Shown here piece by piece: positions 46,015 through 55,423 of a stretch of 64,000 nt of DNA (the first letter of the stretch is position 1; every line of letters starts with the position of its first letter). The notes under the pieces were generated by a model. It had not been told where the DNA came from, did not search any database, and saw nothing but the letters and a program-made list of their open reading frames with translations. Origin of the DNA: an archaeon (GTDB taxonomy: Archaea > Undinarchaeota > CAZHTU01 > JBDRCC01); assembly GCA_043822065.1 (NCBI GenBank), contig JBDRCC010000022.1:14189-78188 (forward strand), in the 5' to 3' direction. A program made the translations under genes and the position numbers.

Positions 46015-49000
46015 GTGGAGATAGAAGACTTATTGAAAACCCACCCAGGGCTTGAGAAGGTGGTAGGCATACTCAGGCAGAGCGGGGTCCAGAAGCTTTA
46101 TCCGCCCCAGGCCGAGTGCTTCAGTAAAAAAGTCCTGGACGGAAAAAACCTTGTCCTTTCTATTCCGACGGCATCCGGGAAAACCCTTGTCGCGGAGATA
46201 GTCATGATGCAGCACGTCCTCGCAGGCAAGAAGGCAGTATACCTCGTGCCCCTGCGGGCGCTCGCCTCTGAGAAGTACCAGGAGTTCAGGGAAAAATACT
46301 CTGGGCTCTGCAGGGTGGGCATGTCGAGCGGGGATTACGACAGGGTGGATGCGGGGCTTGGCGCCTGCGACATAATCATCCTGACGATAGAGAAAATGGA
46401 TTCGCTCATGCGGCACGACGTAAACTGGCTAAGCAAGATAGGCGTGGTCGTCGTCGACGAGATACACCTGCTTGACTCGCCGGACAGGGGACCGACCCTT
46501 GAGATGGTGATAACAAAGCTGAGGAAGTACAAGCCCTCAATCCTTGCCCTTTCTGCGACAATAGAGAACAGCGACGAGCTGGCGCAGTGGCTTGGCGCGG
46601 AGCTCGTTGAGAGCGACTTCAGGCCGGTCAGGCTTTCGAGGGGGGTTTTCCTGGACGGAAAGGTGAGCTTTGACATAAAGGAGGACATTGAGCTGAATGA
46701 TGAGGGCGACATTTCGCTTGTCCTTGCAAAGGACACTGTCTTGCAGGGGGGGCAGTCCCTTGTATTTGTAAACAGCAGGCGCTCGGCTGAGGCGGAAGCA
46801 GAAAAAATCTCAAAGTCAATGTACTCGCTTTTGGGGGAAAAGGAGCGGAAGCTCCTTGCAAAGGCCGCAGAGGATGTGCTTGGGGCGCTTGAAACCCCTA
46901 CCAAGCAGTGCAAGAGGCTTGCGAACTGCATACGGGGAGGCGCGGCGTTCCACCACGCAGGGCTGCACCTGAAACAGAGGGCTGTCGTGGAATCCTCATT
47001 CAAGGCCAACCTGATAAAAGTGGTTTCGGCGACGCCGACCCTTGCGGCCGGGGTAAACCTGCCAGCAAAGAGAGTGGTAATAAGGGATTATAAAAGGTAT
47101 ACTTCGTATGGGCTTGAACCGATTCCTGTTTTAGAGATCCATCAGATGTGCCTACCTTACACTGAAAAGATTTTGCTTGGTGATGGGTCGGAGGAGGAGA
47201 TTGGACGGCTAGTAGAAGATAAAAAAAGGATAGGCGTTCTTAGTTATAACCAAGAATCTGATTCGATAGAGCCAAAGAAAATAGAGAGATTTTATAAAAG
47301 CAAGTCGAGGCATTTCGTCGATATCGAGGTCTCTATAGGACATAAACTGAGGCTTACGCCAGACCATCCGGTTTTAGTATTCAACAACGGTAAAAAAACT
47401 TGGAAACGGGCTTGCAAACTGAAAAAAATGGACATGGTGCTTTGTCAGAATACTACACGCCGCCGCATGAAAAGCATACCTTACTTCTATGAATTCCTTA
47501 ACAAAGACAGGTCGTATTTGGTTGGAAGAGGCGAGCTAATAAAGGATGCAAGGGAGAGGCTGAGATGTACGGAAAAGGAACTTGCTAAGAGTATCGGAGC
47601 TAGTTATAGATCGATGTGGCACTACAAAACAAATAGAAAAGCCATGCCAGCGAAAATTGCATTGGAATTATGCAAGATTCTGGAGTTGGATGGCGCTGGG
47701 ATTACAAAAGTCTTTTCTAAAGTGAAAACTGCATATGGAAACACTATTAAACTCCCTCCAAAGATTTCTGAGGATTATCTGTGGTTGTGCGGCCTTATAG
47801 CAACAGACGGGAATCTTCAAGAGGCTTATGACCGATGTGGTTCGAGGTACTGTAAGATACGTATTTTCAACAATAACCGAAAAATAATCAACAGGGCTAC
47901 GTCTATATTGCGAGAATTCAATTTAGAGCCATGCTGTAGAAAGGTCGGAGATAAGTGTCACGCCATTGAGGTAGGTGCAACGCTGCTTGCAGATATCATT
48001 TCTATAAATTTTGGCATACCCTATGGAAACAAAACGGCTATTGTTAGGGTGCCAGATATAGTAAAATCGATGCCCCCGGCATATATTGGCTCATATCTCG
48101 CAGGTGTTTTCGATGGTGACGGCAATTACTTTGAACTTAAAAAGAGTGGTGTAGTAAAGGGCAGGCGAGTGCTATTTTCTACAGGGAGCAAACAGTTTGC
48201 AGATGGAATTCAAAAACTTTTGACACGGATAGGTATAACCAGCACAGTTAGAAAGGAGCGTGGCGGAAAAACATTTGGGATACGGGGAAAACTGGTAACC
48301 TTTCCAAGAGCAAATTACACCATCAGCTTCTGCAAGAAAGAGTATATCAATAGATTCCATAGATTCGTCAGACCTGTGAAATGTTCAATACCGGCTGTCA
48401 GGTATAGCGACTACCACAATATAAACAAGTTCTTTGACAGACCTGCTGAATACTCTTCCGTTCCAATAAAGAGGATTAGGCGAGTAGAGCTAAAGGATCC
48501 GGTGACTGCGTATAACTTGGGAGTAAAAGATAACAACAATTACATAGCGTCTAACATACTGGTACACAACTGCGGCCGTGCCGGAAGGCCGAAGTATGAC
48601 AGTGACGGGGAGGCCGTCCTGATAGCCAAAAGCCTTCCTGAGTACGAGCAGCTCTGGGAGCATTACATAGAGGGGCGGCCGGAGCCGATATCCTCGAAGC
48701 TTGGCGTCGAGCCGATACTAAGGACGCACATCCTTGGCATAATATCCCAGGGGCCGCTGACGCGGGAAAGCCTGGACAAGATGTTTGAGAGCACGTTCTA
48801 CGCATTCCAGTACGGAGATGTCTCCGCACTAGAGGAAATAATAAGCAGGGTTTTGGACTCCCTCTTTTCCTGGGGATTCCTAGAAGAGGAAGACCTGAAG
48901 TTCAGGTGCACCCGCCTTGGGAAGCGGGTGGCTGAGCTCTATATCGACCCGCTGACGGCATACGAATTCATCCGGCTTTTCGAGACTGAGATGGAGGAGA

Positions 49001-49542
49001 TGGTCCTCCTCACAATGATTTCCGATACGTCGGAAATGGGGATGCTTCCGGGCGTAAGGAGCGCTGAGGAGCCGTTCCTGTACGAGGAGTTCGAAAAGTA
49101 CAGCCTTGACGAGGACAAGATACGGGCGTTCAAGAACGCGCTTGTGTTCAGGGACTGGATGGATGAAAAGACTGAGGACGACATACTCGAGAGGCATAAC
49201 GTCGCGCCAGGGATACTCAAGGTCAGGCTGGACATTGCAGACTGGCTCCTCTACTCCTGCGTAGAGATAAACGCAATCCTCAAGAGGAATGAGGCGGCAA
49301 AGATGGTCCGCAGGCTCCGCACGCGCCTCAGCTACGGAGTGAAGGAGGAGCTGTCCCTGCTCGTAAGGGTCCGCGGAATAGGCCGCGTCAGGGCAAGGCG
49401 GCTGTTTAGCGCTGGCATAAAAAAGCCGTCTGACCTGAACAGCAGAAACTGCACAAAAGTGTCAAACCTTCTTGGAAAAAAGACTGCGGAGAAGATATAC
49501 TCTGACTTAAGAGCAAAAATCAGCAAGCGCGGAGTTCAGTAG
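46015..49542 (+). CDS. hel308: Ski2-like helicase Hel308/Hjm containing an intein
   Basis: PTASGKT, DEIH, SAT, FHHAGL, TPTLAAGVNLPA, QM|CGRAGRP and RGIGRVRAR motifs. Confidence 0.93.
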   Translation: MEIEDLLKTHPGLEKVVGILRQSGVQKLYPPQAECFSKKVLDGKNLVLSIPTASGKTLVAEIVMMQHVLAGKKAVYLVPLRALASEKYQEFREKYSGLCRVGMSSGDYDRVDAGLGACDIIILTIEKMDSLMRHDVNWLSKIGVVVVDEIHLLDSPDRGPTLEMVITKLRKYKPSILALSATIENSDELAQWLGAELVESDFRPVRLSRGVFLDGKVSFDIKEDIELNDEGDISLVLAKDTVLQGGQSLVFVNSRRSAEAEAEKISKSMYSLLGEKERKLLAKAAEDVLGALETPTKQCKRLANCIRGGAAFHHAGLHLKQRAVVESSFKANLIKVVSATPTLAAGVNLPAKRVVIRDYKRYTSYGLEPIPVLEIHQMCLPYTEKILLGDGSEEEIGRLVEDKKRIGVLSYNQESDSIEPKKIERFYKSKSRHFVDIEVSIGHKLRLTPDHPVLVFNNGKKTWKRACKLKKMDMVLCQNTTRRRMKSIPYFYEFLNKDRSYLVGRGELIKDARERLRCTEKELAKSIGASYRSMWHYKTNRKAMPAKIALELCKILELDGAGITKVFSKVKTAYGNTIKLPPKISEDYLWLCGLIATDGNLQEAYDRCGSRYCKIRIFNNNRKIINRATSILREFNLEPCCRKVGDKCHAIEVGATLLADIISINFGIPYGNKTAIVRVPDIVKSMPPAYIGSYLAGVFDGDGNYFELKKSGVVKGRRVLFSTGSKQFADGIQKLLTRIGITSTVRKERGGKTFGIRGKLVTFPRANYTISFCKKEYINRFHRFVRPVKCSIPAVRYSDYHNINKFFDRPAEYSSVPIKRIRRVELKDPVTAYNLGVKDNNNYIASNILVHNCGRAGRPKYDSDGEAVLIAKSLPEYEQLWEHYIEGRPEPISSKLGVEPILRTHILGIISQGPLTRESLDKMFESTFYAFQYGDVSALEEIISRVLDSLFSWGFLEEEDLKFRCTRLGKRVAELYIDPLTAYEFIRLFETEMEEMVLLTMISDTSEMGMLPGVRSAEEPFLYEEFEKYSLDEDKIRAFKNALVFRDWMDEKTEDDILERHNVAPGILKVRLDIADWLLYSCVEINAILKRNEAAKMVRRLRTRLSYGVKEELSLLVRVRGIGRVRARRLFSAGIKKPSDLNSRNCTKVSNLLGKKTAEKIYSDLRAKISKRGVQ
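47149..48570 (+). mobile_element. Intein (474 aa) with LAGLIDADG homing endonuclease and HTH insert
   Basis: Begins CLPY after EIHQM; block B LTPDHP; LCGLIATDG and YLAGVFDGDG; ends ILVHN followed by C; AT-richer codons. Confidence 0.95.
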
Positions 49543-49994
49543 GTTATCGACCTTGTGTTGCGCTGGTACCTTGACGGCTCAGGATGCGCATCAAGCTCTT
49601 CTTCTACCCCGCTTTTCTCGCGGTAGGGCGCTATGGGATCGTACTCGGATTTTCCCTTCTTTCGGTCAATCCTTACTGCAGGAGGAGTAACAACCATGAG
49701 GTCCTCGCTAAGGCCGACTATGTCGCCGCCTATTGCATAAGTGGTCTTCTGGACGCGCCTTAGTGCGCGCCTGAGCTCGACCTTGTCTGAAGCGAACTGC
49801 GACTTAAGCTTCATTATGACGATGCTTTTCTTGTCGCGAAGGGAGTCAAGAACCTTGTCGACGTCAGTGAATTGCTCGAGTGTAATTACGCGCAGAGTGT
49901 ACTCGTAAGGCCCGGATGGGTGCTCCCAGTCAAGCTCTACAAGCTCCCTGCCCTGTGAAATATCCGCCCTGCTCTTCCCAAAGATAGATACCAT
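49536..49994 (-). CDS. sepF: Cell division protein SepF
   Basis: D...V.D.LR...IVI, L.R..........GGDI.G and VVTP..V.I motifs. Confidence 0.85.
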   Translation of the reverse strand: MVSIFGKSRADISQGRELVELDWEHPSGPYEYTLRVITLEQFTDVDKVLDSLRDKKSIVIMKLKSQFASDKVELRRALRRVQKTTYAIGGDIVGLSEDLMVVTPPAVRIDRKKGKSEYDPIAPYREKSGVEEELDAHPEPSRYQRNTRSITY

Positions 49995-50039
49995 GTGAAT
50001 CACTCTGAATATGCCATTACCATATAAATACTTTTGCCT

Positions 50040-50396
50040 TTAAATCGACTCGATTCTGCCCAAGACGTCCCATAAAACTGTCCTGCCGTGGAGGGGGATA
50101 TTTGGGTCCTCGACAATCTCCTCAACCCTCGAAAGCGCGTGGTTTTTCCTGACGTTGAGGTCGGGCTCGGACTGGTCGGTGATCATGGCTTTGACGTCAG
50201 TTATCGCGACCTTGACGTTTCTTGGAAGCGCAGGGTCCGAGAGGACATTCGAGAGGAAGTCCAGCAGGTCAGAAACGGTGCCTGCATATTCCCCAAGCTC
50301 GAAGCCCCCGCCCTGCTCATGGACAGTCTCCGCTATGGGATTGTCAACGTCTATAAGCTCGCAAGGCTCATTCTTTGCGTGGTTTGTCTTTTGCAT
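50040..50396 (-). CDS. UPF0147 family protein
   Basis: D..LPRNVK and EEI.EDPN.PLHGRT.LW......ESI motifs. Confidence 0.85.
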   Translation of the reverse strand: MQKTNHAKNEPCELIDVDNPIAETVHEQGGGFELGEYAGTVSDLLDFLSNVLSDPALPRNVKVAITDVKAMITDQSEPDLNVRKNHALSRVEEIVEDPNIPLHGRTVLWDVLGRIESI

Positions 50397-51342
50397 TTTT
50401 TATCTGCTCGGATATAAGCTTCACTGCGAGCTCTATAGCATCAGGAAGCTTGCCGACATCGGGGCCGTTCGCCCCCGCGGCAGCGTCGTGGCCTGAGCCG
50501 GCGCCGCCGAGAAGCTCGCCCAGCCTCGGCATAATTTGCTGACCCAGATTAACTTTTGTTTGCTTAATAAAGTTTGCGCGGGCGCGGGCGCTTATTCTCG
50601 CTTCGGATGCAGCACAGCCGACCACTGCCGCATCTGCACCGGACGCAACAAGCGCCCTAGCAACTGAGGCCTCGAAGGAGCCGACTTCGGAAGTCACCAA
50701 AAGGAAGCCGCCGACGCGGTGTATCTGGCACCTCTGCCCCCCTTTTAGCCTTGCAATGCGCTCGGATTCTGACATCGGGGCGGAGAGCAGCTCCAGTATT
50801 TCACCATAGTTTAGTTTGTGCTCGTTCAGGAGCTTTGCAATGGTTGAGAATGCCTTGTTGTCAGCAACCTTTAGGAAGGCGGAATCGAAGATTATCCCTA
50901 CAAGGACAAGCTCTGCCATCTGCTTTGTCAGGGGAATTGAAAATCCTGAGTGGATTACGCTCGTGGTTGAGACTGCATTGCGGTCAACAAATTTCTTTCC
51001 GCTTATCCCGCCTGCCTGGTGGTGGTCTATGATGACGACTTCCGATCCTGCCAAGTCGACTCCAGGGAGCTGGTTTGGGGTTGCCGTGTCGACCAGGACA
51101 ACGAGGTCGTATGAGCGGATGTCGAATTCCGTGAGCGGCTTAATTTTTGAGTATGGGAGAATGCTTCTCGCCTGGAGCGACACGCCACCGGGGAAGGCCA
51201 TATCGACAGACGTTAAGCCCAGCTTCGCGAGGTATTGCGAGAGAAGTATGGTGCTGGCGACGGCATCAACGTCCGCATTGTGGTGAGTGAGTATTAGCAG
51301 CCGCTTTCCCTTCTTTCCCGTGAAAAATTCCTGGATTTTCAT
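50368..51342 (-). CDS. DHH family phosphoesterase
   Basis: HHNADVDA, VDT, IDHH and GGAGSGHDAAAG motifs; usual position downstream of prefoldin. Confidence 0.9.
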   Translation of the reverse strand: MKIQEFFTGKKGKRLLILTHHNADVDAVASTILLSQYLAKLGLTSVDMAFPGGVSLQARSILPYSKIKPLTEFDIRSYDLVVLVDTATPNQLPGVDLAGSEVVIIDHHQAGGISGKKFVDRNAVSTTSVIHSGFSIPLTKQMAELVLVGIIFDSAFLKVADNKAFSTIAKLLNEHKLNYGEILELLSAPMSESERIARLKGGQRCQIHRVGGFLLVTSEVGSFEASVARALVASGADAAVVGCAASEARISARARANFIKQTKVNLGQQIMPRLGELLGGAGSGHDAAAGANGPDVGKLPDAIELAVKLISEQIKNAKDKPRKE

Positions 51343-51387
51343 TTTCGTAAGGTTTAAATACTTAGATTACCACTAAATAGTAGTAAC

Positions 51388-51894
51388 ATGGCGCACATAG
51401 TTGGCTATATGGACATCCTGTCCCATTACCAGTGGGGAACGTTTGAGCCATTTTCATTTATGTCGATTTCCTCTACGGCCCAGCTTGGCGAAATAGCCAA
51501 ATTCGGAGCCATTGCGGGGGTTTTCAACCTTGTTGTCATCCAAGTCATACTCGGCTTGCTGATGACGAGGAGGGTCATAAAGCTTGGAGGCCTCTCAATG
51601 TTCATGAGCCCGCACACGCCGTTTGAGGCGCTGGTCAAGGCCCCATTGCTTGAGGAGACAGTATACCGGCTGTTGGGGATGATTGCAGTTGTAGCCTTTA
51701 CCGGCTCGCTTGGTTGGGCAATTTTGCTCACATCGGTCGCTTTCGGGCTCGGCCACCTTTACCAGGGGCCGCTTGCCGCGCTAGCTTCGGTTGTTGCGGG
51801 GGCAGTATTCGCAGTGACATTCCTCGCAGGAGGGCTTGTCGCCGCGGTTGTCGCCCACTCAGTCGTCAACCTGATAGTTTTCCTGTCTTACTGA
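51388..51894 (+). CDS. CPBP/Abi family intramembrane metalloprotease
   Basis: APLLEETVYR, FGLGH and AHSVVN motifs. Confidence 0.88.
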   Translation: MAHIVGYMDILSHYQWGTFEPFSFMSISSTAQLGEIAKFGAIAGVFNLVVIQVILGLLMTRRVIKLGGLSMFMSPHTPFEALVKAPLLEETVYRLLGMIAVVAFTGSLGWAILLTSVAFGLGHLYQGPLAALASVVAGAVFAVTFLAGGLVAAVVAHSVVNLIVFLSY

Positions 51895-52235
51895 CTGCCC
51901 TTGGCTCTCAGCTTTGACTCCAGGGTTTTCTGAAGGTCGGTGAGCTTTGTCTTGAGCTGGCTCTCCTGCTTGGTAAGGGATTTCATCCTTACGTCAAGAG
52001 TTTCCTTATCAGCCTCTAAGTCAGTCTTAAGGCGGGAAAGGTCTGCCTTGACCAAAATCCTGCCAACTGCCTTGTAGACGTCAGTATCAGCCTTGGAAGT
52101 CCTGAGCTCCTCAATTGCATTTTCAGTTTCCTTAATCCGCATGTTGGTCTGGAGCTTCTGGGTAGACACCATCTGGAGCTGCTGCTGCGCAACCTGGAAG
52201 CCGCGGAGTTCGCTCTGAAGTTTTTCGTCGGACAC
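51888..52235 (-). CDS. pfdB: Prefoldin beta subunit
   Basis: QQQLQ and VYKAVGRILVK motifs; coiled coils; synteny. Confidence 0.93.
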   Translation of the reverse strand: MSDEKLQSELRGFQVAQQQLQMVSTQKLQTNMRIKETENAIEELRTSKADTDVYKAVGRILVKADLSRLKTDLEADKETLDVRMKSLTKQESQLKTKLTDLQKTLESKLRAKGSQ

Positions 52236-52462
52236 TATTTTTCACCTCCCGTGAATTTTGTAGACATTTGCAGGAATGACAGGTATGAGTTGACGGATGC
52301 TTTCAGGCTCGAAAGGTCCGCTGCCTCGAGAGTAACGACGAGGCGCTTTCCGTCAGATTTCACGTCCTCCTTAACCCGCTTCGAGCGCTTTACAGTGTCA
52401 GGCTTAAGGCTTTTGGCTATTAGGCTTGGGTCTGAAAGCTCGAATATTATCTTTGCCTTCAT
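52235..52462 (-). CDS. pcc1: KEOPS complex subunit Pcc1
   Basis: SL.PD and L.A.DLSSLKASVNSYL motifs; synteny. Confidence 0.85.
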   Translation of the reverse strand: MKAKIIFELSDPSLIAKSLKPDTVKRSKRVKEDVKSDGKRLVVTLEAADLSSLKASVNSYLSFLQMSTKFTGGEK

Positions 52463-52593
52463 CTAGCTGAAACTTTCTTCGCAAGGGGAAGACGCTTCTT
52501 GTAAAGAACGTGGTATCCGCAGTAGGGGCACCGTATCCGCTGGCTCATGTCTATTTTTTCAAGAGCCCGCCCGCAGCCTCCGCAGTCATACAT
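52459..52593 (-). CDS. rpo12: RNA polymerase subunit P (Rpo12), absent from ORF track
   Basis: Manual translation [44 protein letters not shown]. Confidence 0.92.
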   Translation of the reverse strand: MYDCGGCGRALEKIDMSQRIRCPYCGYHVLYKKRLPLAKKVSAR

Positions 52594-52837
52594 TGCCCTT
52601 CACCTCAGTTATCGCGAGCTCCCTCGCAACAGTAGGAACATAAGTGCCTCCGGCAAACTTCTTGCCGCACTTTGAGCACTCCCAAATGGCAGTTGATGTC
52701 CTGCTTACGCGCTTAAAGCTGCAGAAGGGGCAGACATGCTTCTGTTTCTGGACGGCTTCAATCTCGGCTACCCTGCGCCGGACACTTGCACCGTACCTGG
52801 GGCCAAACCTGCCTGCACTTTTCACTTTTTTAGTCAT
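52586..52837 (-). CDS. rpl37ae: 50S ribosomal protein L37Ae
   Basis: [13 protein letters not shown] and [12 protein letters not shown] motifs. Confidence 0.97.
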   Translation of the reverse strand: MTKKVKSAGRFGPRYGASVRRRVAEIEAVQKQKHVCPFCSFKRVSRTSTAIWECSKCGKKFAGGTYVPTVARELAITEVKGNV

Positions 52838-52874
52838 ATTCCTTCCCTTTGTCCTTCTGGCTTATAAAGTTTCT

Positions 52875-52898
52875 GCCGGGGCGGCAAGCCGCCCTGGC
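52875..52898 (-). terminator. GC-rich hairpin after rrp42 (terminator/processing site)
   Basis: GCCAGGGCGG-CTTG-CCGCCCCGGC on minus strand, followed by AAACTTTATAA promoter-like box. Confidence 0.45.
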
Positions 52899-52901
52899 GA
52901 G

Positions 52902-53699
52902 CTACTTTATTTTGAGGAGCTTTCTAACCTGCTTGCCCCGCTCAACGCTGTAGTCGATTGCCTTTGCAATCTCTTCCTGCGTAAAGGAGCCGGCCAGGCC
53001 CTTCTGCATTGCGCAGATTGCCCCGTCGGCCCTTGTGGTCACGGTAATCCTGCAGTCCATGCCCTGTTCCTCAGCCCTTGTGGAGTCGAGAACCAGCTTG
53101 TCACCGACTTTTATGACGGTGCATGGCACTGGGTGGTCCTTCAGAGGGAGCGGCTTTGAGTCCTCGCCAACCTCGACCTTGTCGCCGACTACCTTTGCGG
53201 ACTTGACCTTCGCGTTCATAAGCGCAGCAAGTGCTGCGATTCCAGCGGCATCAATCAGGCTTCCGTCTGAGTCTAAAACCCACAAGTCTACATAGACCAT
53301 CCAGACGTGCTTGCCGGACTCTATGACCAGCTTGCTCATGTCGATAGCCTTGGACTCGCGGATTCCGCGGTCAACCACCCTTGAGAGCTCGATTGACTCG
53401 TCGCTCGGCCTTCCGCCTTCGAACTCGGGGTCTGCCAGGGGCAGGAACTCCGAATTAACGGAAAGCGCGCCCTCGTCCGGAGTGTCCGGGTAGGGTGTGC
53501 CAAGCTCAATCTGGACGCCAGCCATAACTGTGGTCTTGCCCATCTTGACTAATGCAGAGCCGGAGGGCTTATCCAGTATAGGTGCCTGGAGTTCAATCAC
53601 CCGGAACTCATCTGCCTTTCGCCCGTCCATCCTGAGGTTGTCATTCAGCAGGCGGAGAACGTTCTCGCGCATTATTGGCGCTAATAGGTCGGTCGTCAT
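52902..53699 (-). CDS. rrp42: Exosome complex component Rrp42
   Basis: R.DGR..DEFR, PYPDTPDEG, ELSRVVDRGIRES and D.DG.LIDA motifs. Confidence 0.95.
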   Translation of the reverse strand: MTTDLLAPIMRENVLRLLNDNLRMDGRKADEFRVIELQAPILDKPSGSALVKMGKTTVMAGVQIELGTPYPDTPDEGALSVNSEFLPLADPEFEGGRPSDESIELSRVVDRGIRESKAIDMSKLVIESGKHVWMVYVDLWVLDSDGSLIDAAGIAALAALMNAKVKSAKVVGDKVEVGEDSKPLPLKDHPVPCTVIKVGDKLVLDSTRAEEQGMDCRITVTTRADGAICAMQKGLAGSFTQEEIAKAIDYSVERGKQVRKLLKIK

Positions 53700-54439
53700 T
53701 TTTGCACCTCCTCGGTTGCTATCTTTTCCTTGACGTACTTGTCCTTGAGCGCCTTGACTTGCATCTTGTAGATTGTGTCTACACCAGACCAAGCCAGGTC
53801 CATTGCTTTCCCAAACTCGTCTTTGGTCAGGTGGCCGTCAAGCTGCATCAAGGTTATTTTCCTTGACCTTGGAAGCATTGCAACTGGGAAGTCTGTCTCC
53901 CCTTCGGTGTCTTCCTTGCCTGCGACGTCGAGGACGAGCTGTCCGTCGACCTTCCCGACTGCGACCGATGTTACAAGGTCGCGCATGGGTATGCCTGCGT
54001 CTGCGAGCGCGACGGATGCGGCGTTTATTCCGGCAACCCTCGTGCTTGCGTCTGCCTGCAGAACCTCAATGGTCAGCTCAACCATCGTCTTTGGGTACTC
54101 CCTAAGGAAAAGGGCTGGTGTAAGGGCGTTGGCGGTCACCATAGATATCTCCGTGGAGCGCCTTGATGGCCCCGGCCTTATCCTCTCCTCAGTTGAGAAC
54201 GCTGCCATCCTGTACCTGCAGTTCAGAATCCCTGTCAATGGGTCCTGCTTGTGCTTGGGATGGAATTCCATCGGACCGAAAACTCCGGCTATTACCTTCG
54301 TTTTGCCCATTTCTATGTAGCAGGAGCCGTCGGCGTGGGCTAAGACTCCGGCTTCAATCTTCATTGGCCGGATTTCATTTAGCTTCCTTCCGTCGAGCCT
54401 CTTGCCGTTGGTTATTAGTGCGAGTTTCTTTTCGCTCAT
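53696..54439 (-). CDS. rrp41: Exosome complex exonuclease Rrp41
   Basis: RLDGR...E.RP, ADGSCY, PSRRSTEIS and ALADAGIPM.DL motifs. Confidence 0.96.
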   Translation of the reverse strand: MSEKKLALITNGKRLDGRKLNEIRPMKIEAGVLAHADGSCYIEMGKTKVIAGVFGPMEFHPKHKQDPLTGILNCRYRMAAFSTEERIRPGPSRRSTEISMVTANALTPALFLREYPKTMVELTIEVLQADASTRVAGINAASVALADAGIPMRDLVTSVAVGKVDGQLVLDVAGKEDTEGETDFPVAMLPRSRKITLMQLDGHLTKDEFGKAMDLAWSGVDTIYKMQVKALKDKYVKEKIATEEVQK

Positions 54440-55317
54440 TTTTTCGCCTCCTTTGCCTTTGCTGGCTTTGCCTTGGAGGCAGCCGCCTTAGGCTTTACTG
54501 GCACTGGCCTCAGAACCTTCTTTTCAGCAGGCTCTTCTGGAAGGTCTTCCGCACCAGATGGTTTCGGTGGCTTGGCCATCTCAACCGGTGGGGCTTCGAC
54601 CGCCTTCTGGGCCGCCTGAACTGCCTGTACCACTGACTTCGGCACGTTCTTCTCTAGAAACGTCTTTATCCTGTCAGTGAGGCCGGATATGTGTGCCTCG
54701 CTGTCTATTTTCATTATTGCCTGGACTACGATGTTCTCAGTCTCAGGCGGCGCACGCACCCAGACGCGCCCGTTCTGCCCAACAAGTATGTCGCTGTTGG
54801 TGTATGACTTTATCATAGTCACCATGGTACCGTTCTTGCCTATCAGGCGAGGAACCTTGGTCGAGCTTATTTCGACAATCCTTCCGCCGTAGAGCTTCCT
54901 GAGGCCGCGCGACCTCATGCTGACGCCAATCTGCTTGGACTTTGTCACATTCATTACTTGGCAGAAGATGACATCTCCAACGTCGTAGTACCTCGTCAGC
55001 TCCTCGCCCTTCTCTATGAAGGAGGAAGAACCGGAGCTAAGCGGCAGTGTCGCCTCATACGGCGAATTTATGTTGACTATCCAGGACGAAAGCATTGTGT
55101 CCTGAATTATGCCAATTATATAGTCGTTCGTCTGCGGCATGTACCTGCCAGCCAGGGGGATTAGCTTCACGAAGTTTCCCCTGACTTCTATCAGACCGAG
55201 GCGGGAGGCGTATAAGCCTGGGCCGTCGCGGTATATTCCTGTTCCAGCCAGGTAATCTGACCCCTCGGCAACAATTTCGCCCGGGGTTACCAGCTGTTTG
55301 TCTTCAACTTTCAACAT
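54436..55317 (-). CDS. rrp4: Exosome RNA-binding protein Rrp4
   Basis: V.PGE, IPLAGRY.P, KVPRLIGK.G.M, GQNGRVW and AHISGLTDRI motifs. Confidence 0.95.
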   Translation of the reverse strand: MLKVEDKQLVTPGEIVAEGSDYLAGTGIYRDGPGLYASRLGLIEVRGNFVKLIPLAGRYMPQTNDYIIGIIQDTMLSSWIVNINSPYEATLPLSSGSSSFIEKGEELTRYYDVGDVIFCQVMNVTKSKQIGVSMRSRGLRKLYGGRIVEISSTKVPRLIGKNGTMVTMIKSYTNSDILVGQNGRVWVRAPPETENIVVQAIMKIDSEAHISGLTDRIKTFLEKNVPKSVVQAVQAAQKAVEAPPVEMAKPPKPSGAEDLPEEPAEKKVLRPVPVKPKAAASKAKPAKAKEAKK

Positions 55318-55423
55318 TTTATCACTTCTCCTTTTTGAGTGAATATCATTCTCACTGTTTTTTCTGCCGGCGCTTTTCCTTTTAAAGGAAAATGCCGCAT
55401 CACGTCTTTTTGAACTGTGATCG

